Of a stretch of 64,000 bases of DNA, positions 28,889-38,231 are shown in pieces (the stretch's first letter is position 1; each line of letters begins with the position of its first letter). Below the pieces are notes generated by a model. The model searched no databases. It was not told where the DNA came from and worked only from the letters and a program-made list of their open reading frames with translations. This DNA is from Pseudomonadota bacterium (GTDB taxonomy: Bacteria; Pseudomonadota; Alphaproteobacteria; Rhodobacterales; Rhodobacteraceae): contig JBCBVL010000003.1 of the NCBI GenBank assembly GCA_039817595.1, positions 459,337-523,336 of the forward strand, given 5' to 3'. The translations under genes were made by a program, and so were the position numbers.

Positions 28889-30166
28889 AGTCGCGTTTGC
28901 AGCTCATCGCACACGGTTTTCATCGGATCTTTCAAGATGATCCAGTTTGGACGCGTGTATCTTTGACCCGTGATCGATAGCGGCGTGTGATTGAGCAAGC
29001 GTCCGACGACTTCTTCAAAGACCCTGGCTTCAATCGCAACCGTCGCGAAGGTGCGCCTATGTGTATGTGGCGACCATGTCAGTTTGCGGGTCGATGTCAT
29101 CCGGCCCGTCTTGCTTTTTGGCGAGGGGAATACCCACTGAGAGCTCAAGCCTCTGAGTGGCTCAAGGATCCGGTGGTGGATGTCCACAATCGGAAGATCA
29201 AAACTGCGGCCATTTTTGGTCATAGGAAGATGGATGTGGTCATCGAACACATTCTGCCAGGTCAGTGTCAGAGCCTCTGATTTGCGCAAGCCTGTGAAGA
29301 GCAAAAGCTGGTAGTAGGCGCGATGGATCGGGTTGTCCAAATCCTCAACCTCACACTGCCATGCCTTGAGATCTTCGATGATCGTTTGCGGTGGTTTTTC
29401 TTCGAACCACTCGATCGCCACAGTCGGGGACTCAGGAAGGTCGTGGATCCGACGAGCGTGGTTCCAGACCGTTCTGAAATACTTGAACACATGGTTGGCT
29501 CCTGACGGCGTATTCCGCATCGCCCTATGTGCCTAGACAACCATCGCCTTGCAGATCTCGTTGAGCCGAATGTCCAGCCAGTGTTTTACATGGAGCTCGA
29601 ACGGTTGTCGCACGGATTGGCGATACCTGTCGGAGCGCAGCTTCGGTCTGGCGAAATAGGTCTCCATCGCGGCCCTTAATGTGGGGGCGCCGATCTGGAG
29701 AGGTTTGCCTGCCCCACGCCACCCACCGAGTGCAAAGACCAGAGCGGTTTGCCGCGCCACATCGGCTGCGATGACAGGGTATCTGCCGATCCGTTCTCGT
29801 CGCGTACGCCCGCCCACCTCTTTCTGAAAGTACCAGGTCTTGGCTATCTTCCTGACGAAGAGGACCAGGGCCTTTACCTCTGGGTCCCAGTATTTTGCAG
29901 TGCCTTTTTTGGCCTGCGGCAGCCGCTTGACGAAGGTCTCTGTAAGTCTGGGCCTTTGTCAGTATTTTGTCGGACACAAAGCGAACCTGTATGTATCTCA
30001 GCGTCACTAAGCGTGGCTAATTATACAATGAAAGCAAGTGTATAGTAGCTTGACGTCGTCTGGCGTAACTTATCCAAATTGCTTGGAAGGCTGAGGTCTT
30101 ACCGCTACACAACGCCCGCTAGCGACTGCGGTGAGGTAATTCATTGCCTTTGAAAGGTCAAGCTTG
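28249..30166. repeat. Copy A of a diverged direct repeat (3-prime-proximal two thirds of orf370, the integrase, and the flanking non-coding DNA)
   Basis: Alignable by eye with 49617-51061. One example is ...agagccacagtcct..tcatgcc.ggc.tgcagctcagaccaaagcatttgtct.atctgatactttgccatcgcataaggcttcaacactttcgcgaggtagttgg... and the match continues to ...aaggtcaagct.g.gc at the right end. Confidence 0.8.
28864..29958 (-). pseudogene. Tyrosine-recombinase integrase, interrupted by one in-frame TAG and lacking a canonical start
   Basis: A single 365-codon frame. The N-terminus (Q-R-)PRLTETFVKRLPQAKKGTAKYWDPEVKALVLFVRKIAKTWYFQKEVGGRTRRERIGRYP is typical of alphaproteobacterial integrases. The catalytic residues are LLLFTGLRKSEAL (Arg), HTHRRTFAT (HxxR), LLNH and GQRYTR (Tyr). 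An in-frame TAG lies at 29533-29535. A TGA sits immediately upstream of the QRPRL codons, with no ATG, GTG or TTG between them. Confidence 0.8.
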
Positions 30167-30256
30167 GGCGGGAAGCATGCGTAATTTGGCTGACCCTGCT
30201 CTGAGGTCGAGCTCTCTATAAAACCACAGCACGGTTGTGACACTGGGAGACAGGGA

Positions 30257-31315
30257 ATGGACTATTTTGTTGGTTTGGATGTATCGCTGCGTTTTGTTGC
30301 GCGTTGCATCGTCGATGCGCGCGGCAAAGTTCGCATGGAGCGAGAGCTGCCATGCGACGTTGATGACATCGCCCATTGTATAAGTGCATTTGAACATTCT
30401 ATTGAACGGTTAGGCTGTGCGGCTGGTGCCTTGAGCCGGCCTCTTTTCTTTGGTTTGCAAGACAGAGGTTTCGACGTCGTTTGTCCGGAATAACGACAGG
30501 TCAGTGCGGCACTTTCGGCGATGCGGAATAAAACAGACGATACGGATGCCAAAGGCATCGCTTAGATATTGCGTACGGGGTGGTTCAGTCCGGTTCACAT
30601 GAAGAGCCGCGAAGCGCACGGCCTGCGGGCCTTGCTCAATACCCGAAAGGCCCTTCTGATGGAGACTATGGTTTTAGCAAACGAACTGCGCGGCTTGCCA
30701 AAGATCTTCGGTGTCCGCCTACCAACCTGTCAAACTCGGTAGCTTTGGCGGTTCGTTAAGGCCGATGATCAAGATGGACAAAGTCCTTGCCATACCATTC
30801 TACCTGTGCTGAATGCGCGCGTTGTCTTGTTCCAGCACTATCTTGAACTGGATCATCGGGTGAAGAACGCAGCGCCCCAAGACGCAGTATGCATGCGTAG
30901 AATGACAGTCCCCTGTGTGGGTCCAATTGCAGCCCTGACATTCAAGGCAGCCGTCGATGACCCAAAGAGGTTCAAACGATCCCGAACTGTGGCTGCGCAT
31001 TTTGGTCTGACACCGAGCGGGTATCAATCCGGTGAACACGACAACCCAAGTCGCATCTCCAAAACCGGTGATCAGAATGTCCGAGCAACGCTCTACGCTG
31101 CCGCAAATGCGTTGCTCATGCGATTGATGGCCGAATCCCAGATCAAATCTTGGGGAATGCGCCTTAATCGCAGCAAATGCCGCCGCCGCGCCGTCGTCGC
31201 AGTTGCGCGCAAACTGGCTGTGTTTTTACACCGGTTGTGGATCGACGGCACGGAATTTCAAAGTCTCATATCTCTGAGATTGAAACGGGAAACAAAACAC
31301 CTTCGTTGGACTTGA
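30257..31315 (+). mobile_element. IS110-family transposase, pseudogene (frame breaks and stops)
   Basis: N-terminal DEDD-type segment MDYFVGLDVSLRFVARCIVDARGKV... (30257-30493). The middle is readable only across stops (..RNKTDDTDAKGIA*..SPVHMKSREAHGLRALLNTRKAL..). The C-terminal Transposase_20-like segment is PCVGPIAALTFKAAVDDPKRFKRSRTVAAHFGLTPSGYQSGEHDNPSRISKTGDQNVR (30806-31315). Confidence 0.8.
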
Positions 31316-31904
31316 TCGAACGTTACTCCCACGAATTCCGGATATCCGGAAGCTGATCTTGACGCTCGAAAACAGTGTGAAAGTCCGCTAAGGGCCGAAG
31401 GCAGTAATTGTTGTATTTGACGAAGCGTTTTTCTCCTTCAAGCGTTTGTTATTTCGATCGTAGAAATTCGAAGAAACAAATGTAGTGGATTTGACGACAC
31501 CACATGACCATGCGGATCAGTCAGGCGAGGATACCTTGAGCTTTGCCTTGCGAAGGCATGAACCTCTTCATGTTTTGACGCAGCCCCAACGTCGGTGACG
31601 CGGCGGGACAAATAACGTTGCCTCGCAGCTCTTCGGGATGCCTTCGACTTTCACGCGGAAATCGTCAGGGCCGCTCGTAACGAGAGAACGAATGCCATTC
31701 CCGGGCTATCGTGCTGCCATGACCGAACCTGCATCATAGGTTATCAGAAATGACGTCCGTGCTAGAAGACAACGGCCAGGCAATCGATTTTGCTAAGAAC
31801 TTGGACCATGCGCCGGATGCGATCCGCATCCGAATTTGCTCTGCCACAACACCTAAGGTGGAAACGCTCTGTCTTTTACGAGCATTCGAACTCGTTGCGC
31901 CCTC

Positions 31905-32480
31905 TCAGCGCGAGAACGGCCTGGCGACGAGGCCTTCGAGCACTGTCGTATTGGCACCGCAGTGACGGTTCGTGATGCAGCTTTGGATCGCGTCGATCTG
32001 CGCCGGTGTTGCCATCGGATAGATGGAGCCGCCGCAAGGGCCAACACCCCCCATCAGTGTCCCATCCAAATTGAGAAGCACAAAAAGGGCCATGCCGGGG
32101 TTTCGGGGAAGGTCTCCGCACATGCCTTGGAGGGCGCAGTGGATCTCAATGTGCGCCACGTGGCGGCCGAACCTAATCTCCTGTCCCGCTTCGATGACCG
32201 GACCGGAAATCTTCACCTTGGCAATGGCTGGCGATGACGGTTCGGAGCGGAGTGGAAGGTTCAAGATGCTGGGCAGATCCTTGTTTTGATCTTTCAGCTC
32301 GCGGAAATAGCCGAAAATGACGGTCGGCACCTTGTCCGCATCAAAATGCGCTTCCAGATGGTCGCCCAGGTGGCGTGGTATGCACGTCAAAGCGGTCACA
32401 GGGCTTGCCATGGCGAGACATAGGCCCACTGCCAAAACAGAACCCAAACCGAGGATCAGCTTTCGAAGAGATGCGAACAT
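31905..32480 (-). CDS. Hypothetical secreted protein (191 aa, Cys-containing)
   Basis: Signal peptide MFASLRKLILGLGSVLAVGLCLAMASPVTA. No family recognised. Confidence 0.5.
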   Translation of the reverse strand: MFASLRKLILGLGSVLAVGLCLAMASPVTALTCIPRHLGDHLEAHFDADKVPTVIFGYFRELKDQNKDLPSILNLPLRSEPSSPAIAKVKISGPVIEAGQEIRFGRHVAHIEIHCALQGMCGDLPRNPGMALFVLLNLDGTLMGGVGPCGGSIYPMATPAQIDAIQSCITNRHCGANTTVLEGLVARPFSR

Positions 32481-32714
32481 AACTGTGACCTTTCCATGAC
32501 GTGCTGTTCGATGGGGCCAAAGCTGCAGGTGTGCGCGCGTTTCCTCAATGAGGGCTATCCCTCATTCAAAACGCACGGCCGAGAGGGCGCAAAGCTGTTC
32601 GGTCGCCCGGTATCAGGCCAGTATGGGGCTGGTATGAGGGATGTCCCCTATTGTGGCGTGCAGCGTCTTGACCCAAACTTCTGAAAAAGGCCCGGCAAAG
32701 TGCAGGTTTTGTTT

Positions 32715-33356
32715 CTACAGGAGGCCTTCTCTGAGCGCATAGGCCAGTAATTGAGCGATGGAATGAACACCCAGCTTTGCCATCAAACGGGTTCTGTGAT
32801 TGTCGACGGTCTTGGGGCTGATCGAGAGCCGCTCTGCGATCTCAGCGTTAGAATTGCCTTCGGCAAGCAGGTGCAGGATTTGCCGTTCGCGCATGGTAAT
32901 CTGAGGCCTGTCGTCCAAATTTTCCATGATGCGCTTGACCGATGGGGTGACTGTGGTGCTGCCTTGCAAAACCTGAGAAAAACACTGCCGAATGTCCTCC
33001 TCGGGGCAGCTTTTGAATGCGATGCCATCCACACCGGCGTCAATCCATTCTGCCAAATGGCCGCGTGCCGTGACCCCTGTCACCAAGCAGATCCGGGTGG
33101 CGGGCGACCAGCGGCGCACCTCGCCATAGACCTCCATCCCGCGGGCCAAGGGCATAACGCTGTCCAACGTCAAGAAATCCGGCGCATGCGTCTTGCACAG
33201 GGTGATCGCGTCAAGCCCGTCACTCGCTTCGGCGACGACGCGGGCGCCCTTAATGCTGGCAACGATCTCGCGCAGCGCGTTGCGCACGATCATGTGGTCA
33301 TCGGCCAGCACGACGGTGCTGTCGGTTTTTTCAGAGGTGGCGTTCACCTTTGACAT
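32715..33356 (-). CDS. Response regulator, NarL/FixJ (LuxR-HTH output) family
   Basis: Receiver domain (VVLADDHMIVRNAL...PDFLTLDSVMP) plus C-terminal HTH (ERQILHLLAEGNSNAEIAERLSISPKTVDNHRTRLMAKLGV). The start is ATG 33356 or 33371. Confidence 0.9.
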   Translation of the reverse strand: MSKVNATSEKTDSTVVLADDHMIVRNALREIVASIKGARVVAEASDGLDAITLCKTHAPDFLTLDSVMPLARGMEVYGEVRRWSPATRICLVTGVTARGHLAEWIDAGVDGIAFKSCPEEDIRQCFSQVLQGSTTVTPSVKRIMENLDDRPQITMRERQILHLLAEGNSNAEIAERLSISPKTVDNHRTRLMAKLGVHSIAQLLAYALREGLL

Positions 33357-35272
33357 TGACGTGGACCCCATACAAAGCGGTGCGCTGTATTTGCCTGATC
33401 TTTGCTATGCAGGTCTTTTCCCTTTTGCAATCGGCGCAAGCTGCTGAGGTTCAGCTATCAGACCTGCCAATGTCCAATCTGTTGTCAGAGCTCGGCCAGC
33501 TTCAGGACCACATGGGTCCTTCTGGTCTTCCCTTTGAGTTCGGCTTTTCCGTGGTCAATGACACGGACAAGGATGTCTATTGGCACTTTCATTCTGAGGT
33601 CTTGGACCCGCTGGCCTTTGCATTCTTCGCGGATGGTTCGGAAACACCGATTTTCAGTTCTGGCTTTAGCTCTCGCGCACAAGACTCTTTTGCCAGCCAA
33701 GGCCCCGTCATCGCCTCTAATCTTCTCGTGCTGCGCTCGGGTCAGAGGATGAGCATCGAGACGCTGTTTGAGCGGCACCCGGGCCCAGAGCTTTTCCCAA
33801 TCATGCTCAGCCCGCGCAAAGCGTTCGATACAGCCCGCCAGACCCGGAGCCTGGTGCATGGCGCATTCTTGGGAGCGATGTCGGCACTGGTGCTTTTGTT
33901 CCTGCTCTCCCCGGACTTTCTGATGAACGCCGCGTCGCGATGGTTTGCGATCTATCTTGCCTCGGCCCTTTGCCTGACAATGCATTCGCACGGATACGGG
34001 TTAGAGCTATTAGGCATCTCAGCAGACGCGTTTTTCCCGCTGCTCCGGCTTATGCATACGTTCGTCATGCTGTTTTACCTGCTTTTTGTTCTGTCTTTCC
34101 TGAGGGCACGACAGGCCTATCCAGTCTACTGGCGCTGCGTGTGCGTGTTCATCGTTGTTGGCCTCGTAATCGCCGTTCTTGAACAGCTTTTAGGCAGCGG
34201 GTTCCAGTCAATCGCGCTTATGGTTCCGGCCACGTTTCTTCTGCTTTGCGTGATTGGCACTTGGCTTGCCGTGCGCGATGCGCTTGCGGGCAGCCGCTTT
34301 TTCTTGGGCGGTTTTTCTTTGTTGCTCTTGGCCGGGATCTTCAATTTCATCACAAGCGCGCCACAGTATGCGGGCTTCAATGAGGTGGTAGATCAAATCA
34401 CGCTTATCTTGCAACTGTGCGACGCACTGGTATTCGGCGGCGCGCTTCTGAGCCAGATGTATGCCATGCGCCGCATTCGCGATGAGGCGGTCCAAACGCA
34501 ACTGGCGGAAACGCAGCAAAGGCTGGCGCTGAGCCAACAGCTGCTTGCGGCAGAAAGTGATCTGCAAAATGCGCGCTCCCTGGCGGAACGTCACCGCACC
34601 AATCTGGCCGAGACGACCCATGATCTCCGTCAACCCATCGCCTCCCTTCGTATGTCGCTTAAGGCCGCGAAAGAACGCTCACCCAACATAGTCTCTGATC
34701 TCTCAGACGGGATCGAATTTCTCGACCGGTTGCTCCGTCAGGCCTTGGTGGAAACGCGCCAAGAGCCTCCGGAACACAACCCGAAAGAGGATCAAGACAC
34801 GACGGTCGAGCTGCAGGTTATCCTGATGAACGCCCAACGCATGTTTGCCAAAGAAGCCGCGGAAAAGAAGGTGGACCTCAAGATTGTGGAAACCCCTTTG
34901 GTGGTGCAGACGCCGGCCATTGACCTGATCCGCATGGTCTCCAACCTGACCGCGAACGCGGTGCGCTACAGTCAGAAAGGCGGTATTTTGATCGGGGCGC
35001 GGCGGCGCGGTGACACGGCGATGATCCAGATCTGGGACACAGGCCCGGGCATTCCAGCCGACGACCTCAACGAGATCTTGCAGCCCTACAAGCGCGGTGA
35101 TGCCTCGGAAGGTGCCGAGGGCGAGGGCCTAGGGCTTTTTATCGTGAAACAGCTTGCCGAGCGCAACGGGCTTGATCTGCAGGTTTGCAGCAAGCTGAGC
35201 AAGGGCACGGTTTTCAGCATCACCGGCCTGCCCCTCGCACATGGCAGCATGCCCCAGTTGACGAACAAATAA
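33350..35272 (+). CDS. Sensor histidine kinase with 7TMR-DISM-type periplasmic and 7-TM input
   Basis: A signal-like N-terminus is followed by a roughly 150-aa extracytoplasmic region and then about 7 hydrophobic helices. H-box is THDLRQPIASLRMSL. ATPase motifs are NLTANAVRYS, IWDTGPGI and GEGLGLFIVKQLAERNG. The start is uncertain (TTG 33350, GTG 33380 or ATG 33407). It is divergent from the response regulator. Confidence 0.9.
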   Translation: MTLTWTPYKAVRCICLIFAMQVFSLLQSAQAAEVQLSDLPMSNLLSELGQLQDHMGPSGLPFEFGFSVVNDTDKDVYWHFHSEVLDPLAFAFFADGSETPIFSSGFSSRAQDSFASQGPVIASNLLVLRSGQRMSIETLFERHPGPELFPIMLSPRKAFDTARQTRSLVHGAFLGAMSALVLLFLLSPDFLMNAASRWFAIYLASALCLTMHSHGYGLELLGISADAFFPLLRLMHTFVMLFYLLFVLSFLRARQAYPVYWRCVCVFIVVGLVIAVLEQLLGSGFQSIALMVPATFLLLCVIGTWLAVRDALAGSRFFLGGFSLLLLAGIFNFITSAPQYAGFNEVVDQITLILQLCDALVFGGALLSQMYAMRRIRDEAVQTQLAETQQRLALSQQLLAAESDLQNARSLAERHRTNLAETTHDLRQPIASLRMSLKAAKERSPNIVSDLSDGIEFLDRLLRQALVETRQEPPEHNPKEDQDTTVELQVILMNAQRMFAKEAAEKKVDLKIVETPLVVQTPAIDLIRMVSNLTANAVRYSQKGGILIGARRRGDTAMIQIWDTGPGIPADDLNEILQPYKRGDASEGAEGEGLGLFIVKQLAERNGLDLQVCSKLSKGTVFSITGLPLAHGSMPQLTNK

Positions 35273-35310
35273 GCGCATGCACCACGCCGTTCGGAAAGAT
35301 GGCTTTGGCG

Positions 35311-35339
35311 CATGAAAAAAGGGCCGGTGAACGGCCCTT
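35311..35339 (-). terminator. Rho-independent terminator for the minus-strand gene ending at 35361
   Basis: The minus strand reads AAGGGCCG-TTCAC-CGGCCCTT followed by TTTTTC. This is an 8-bp GC-rich stem (35319-35326 / 35332-35339) plus a T-run (35313-35318). It sits between convergent genes. Confidence 0.6.
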
Positions 35340-35360
35340 CCTTGCAAGCTACAGAAGGTG

Positions 35361-35822
35361 TCAGTCTGCGCAAATGCTGAATCCAGGAACAACTTCGATG
35401 CAATTGCCGCCAGGGGCACCTGAAATGGGCGTGTCGCGATGCAAGACGCGGCCATTATTTGCGACAATGCGGTTCTGATCGAGGACCTCATAGATCCCGC
35501 CATTGGAGGATCGGAAGTAGTTGGTGCCGGGCAAACGGTTCCAGGTGCTCCAATTGCCCGGTCCGCTGGCAACATGGCGACGGCCCTTCAGCGTGTTGGC
35601 ATCCGGCATGTAGTATTCGTTGTAAAGGTTTGAGCCGTCTCTGGTGACAAAATACCCCTTCTGCAGGACAATCTGCTGGGACTGGACCAATGTGACAGCG
35701 CTGTCTGAAATTGTGATAGGCGCGACGTTTGGGGTGGCTATGCCCCCTGCTGCGAAGGCCATGCCGGACGAGAGCGTGGCGCCAAATAAAGCCGCTGTAT
35801 TCAAGATAGTTTTGAGGGTCAT
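35361..35822 (-). CDS. Hypothetical secreted protein (153 aa)
   Basis: GGAG lies 7 nt upstream of the ATG at 35822. Signal peptide MTLKTILNTAALFGATLSSGMAFA. No family recognised. Confidence 0.55.
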   Translation of the reverse strand: MTLKTILNTAALFGATLSSGMAFAAGGIATPNVAPITISDSAVTLVQSQQIVLQKGYFVTRDGSNLYNEYYMPDANTLKGRRHVASGPGNWSTWNRLPGTNYFRSSNGGIYEVLDQNRIVANNGRVLHRDTPISGAPGGNCIEVVPGFSICAD

Positions 35823-36204
35823 AATTGTCTCCATTAGGACTTGTTTCGATGAGAAAGACCTAACAGCTATGCCCATACTCCCGGATGAGGGAGATCCCCT
35901 ATATTGACCAGTCCCACTCTACGAGTGTCACGACCATCCTGAGTTGAAACTCTGAGAAGCTAGCCAGACTGCAGTCGAAGACGATGGTTGCCGCGAATGT
36001 CAGCAAAGCGGGCCGCGCACGCAGCATTGAGCCACGTTCTGAGTGTCAGCTATGGGCCGTAAGCATCTAAAGCCAGAGACAACCAAACACGACCTTTAAA
36101 TTCACCCTCCGTCCGTTGGGGTACCAGTTTGACCGTAAGTTAAATCATAAAGCCGCATTCTTCGTTTTCGAGACGTTGAATCTTCCAGGCACGACTGTTG
36201 GCGA

Positions 36205-37392
36205 TCACCGTCGCGCCGCGGCACGTTCCGCAATTGCCGTGCCTGCGGCGACGCCGGAAGACCAAGCCCACTGGAAATTGTAACCACCCAGCCAGCCTGT
36301 CACGTCGACCGCTTCTCCAATGGCGTAAAGCCCTGGGACATGTCGTGCCTCCATCGTCTTTGACGACAACGCTGTGGTGGCAATTCCGCCCGCTGTCACC
36401 TCTGCCTTTGCGTATCCTTCTGTGCCTGTGGGTTGCAACGTGAGGTCCATAAGCATCTCGGCGGCTTCACCCAGCTCGGCATCCGAACAATTTCCAAGCT
36501 CCTTGCCAAGATCGATCTTTGAGGCAAGCACTTCAGAAAGGCGGGCTGGCAGGTGACGGGAAAGCGCGGCCTTCAGATGCGCTTGCGGCATCTCTTTTCG
36601 TGCAGCACGCAGGAGCACGCCAGCGTTGGGTAAGACACAAAGCGAAACGGGATCACCCGGCGACCAGTAGGAGGAGACTTGCAGGATCGCAGGCCCTGAA
36701 AGCCCTTTATGTGTGAACAGCACAGCCTCTTCAAAGGCCGCATCGCGCACCTGAGCCACAGCTGGGAAAGCCACGCCCGGAATGCCCTTGAAGGGCGCGT
36801 CTTCTTCGCCCAGCGTGAAAGGCACAAGCGCCGGACGTGGTGTCACCATGGCGAGGCCGAAGCGGCGGGCGATGTCATACGCCACACCCGTCGCGCCCAT
36901 CTTCGGGATGGATGGTCCGCCCGTCGCAATCACCAGTTGGCCCGCTGTGGCGCCTGCAACCTCGAACCGGCCGTCGGCGTGGTTAATCTCACCGATCTCC
37001 GTCGACAGGCGGAGCTCGACATTGCCATGGTTACACTCCTCAAGAAGCATTGCGACGATCTGCCTGGCCGACCCATCGCAAAAGAGCTGTCCCAATGTTT
37101 TCTCATGCCAGGCAATGCCATAACCCTCGACAAGGGCCAGAAAATCCCACTGTGTGTAACGGCTCAGTGCTGATTTTGCGAAATGCGGGTTTTCTGAGAG
37201 GAAGTTCTCCGGCGCTGAACCGAGATTGGTAAAGTTACAGCGTCCACCGCCCGAAATGAGGATCTTTTTGCCGGGCTTGTTGGCGTGGTCAATCAGCAGG
37301 ACGCGCGCACCGGACTGCCCGGCCGTTGCAGCAGCCATCAGTCCGGCGCCTCCTGCGCCAAGGACAATCGCGTCGTAGTCAAATTGCGTCAT
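36205..37392 (-). CDS. NAD(P)/FAD-dependent oxidoreductase of the HI0933/BaiN family
   Basis: Dinucleotide fold YDAIVLGAGGAGLMAA and the family motif KILISGGGRCNFTN. The C-terminal GEAVDVTGWLGGYNFQWAWSSG is typical of this flavoprotein family. Start chosen at ATG 37392. Confidence 0.85.
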   Translation of the reverse strand: MTQFDYDAIVLGAGGAGLMAAATAGQSGARVLLIDHANKPGKKILISGGGRCNFTNLGSAPENFLSENPHFAKSALSRYTQWDFLALVEGYGIAWHEKTLGQLFCDGSARQIVAMLLEECNHGNVELRLSTEIGEINHADGRFEVAGATAGQLVIATGGPSIPKMGATGVAYDIARRFGLAMVTPRPALVPFTLGEEDAPFKGIPGVAFPAVAQVRDAAFEEAVLFTHKGLSGPAILQVSSYWSPGDPVSLCVLPNAGVLLRAARKEMPQAHLKAALSRHLPARLSEVLASKIDLGKELGNCSDAELGEAAEMLMDLTLQPTGTEGYAKAEVTAGGIATTALSSKTMEARHVPGLYAIGEAVDVTGWLGGYNFQWAWSSGVAAGTAIAERAAARR

Positions 37393-38231
37393 TCTTGCCC
37401 GATGCCCATGAAAAAGAGACTGACGCGCAGCCGTCGGATCCATAATTCAACACAGGTATCACTGTGGGAAAATGGTTCACACCCCATTGCACTCTTTAAG
37501 ATGCTCGCGGCAAGGATCGCCCAACTGCGCTTAAGGAAAGTCGCTACCAACCGCTGACGACGGAAGGCAGAGCCGCGGTAGGGCGCAGTTTTTGCGTATG
37601 CTAGCGCAGCGAACGGGTGGTGTGAGCCCATTTCGACCCTTGTTTTGACACCCGGCGCGGAATCAAGGCCCCTTGGGGCCGCCGCGCATCGTCGGGCCGC
37701 ACCCACGGCACGGCGATTTGGCTGCACTGGGCGCACTGCTCAGATGGTTCGCGGATTTGGCCGGGATAAAGCGCGGCTATTCTGAGGTCGGATCGCCGTC
37801 GCGCGGCCCAACAATGCGCGGCTCGGGTCGCGAGACTGAACGGCAGCAAAATCCGCGGTCCCGACATTTGCCGTGGACGTGATCCGTCACGCGCAGCGAA
37901 TGGCAGCAATGTGGGCGCAACCGCAGAAATCGAACTGCTATCTGAACGGCAGAAATGGGCCAAAGTTGAACCTAGTGACTTGGTGAGTGTGAGCCTTTTT
38001 TTGTAAAAATTTTCACCGCCACGTAGGCCTGTCCTTCGTATCATCAAAAAAACTTGTCAATTCTCCGACCCGTAGCAGGGGTATCCTCGCAAAAGATGCA
38101 TACCGCAAAAACGCGCATTGAAAGCGCGTTTGTGAGGCTTGCGACAAACAGGTGGGCAGGCTCTGTTACCCCATGTCTGAGTGGTTTTAACGCCTCTTCA
38201 AGCACTGTCTCTTCACGGGAGTTCCAGAACA

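Noticed and set aside
30081-30119. Possible tRNA gene next to the integrase (and its homologue at 50971-51011)
   Set aside because: Only the first roughly 38 nt look tRNA-like. The anticodon stem does not close, and there is no T-arm, no 3-prime acceptor strand and no CCA-proximal sequence. It is kept only as a possible att relic.
37601-38047. 148-aa minus-strand ORF, and the plus-strand ORF 37673..37882, in the 790-bp gap between the flavoprotein gene and the secreted-protein pair
   Set aside because: These are Arg/Ser/Ala-rich low-complexity translations with no start context or motif. They are probably spurious or a long-decayed remnant.
38110-38130. Hairpin AACGCGC-ATTGAAA-GCGCGTT flanked by A- and T-runs upstream of the gene at 38232
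   Set aside because: The stem is only 7 bp and the U-tracts are only 3 nt on either strand. No gene on the appropriate strand ends here. It is too weak to call a terminator or attenuator.
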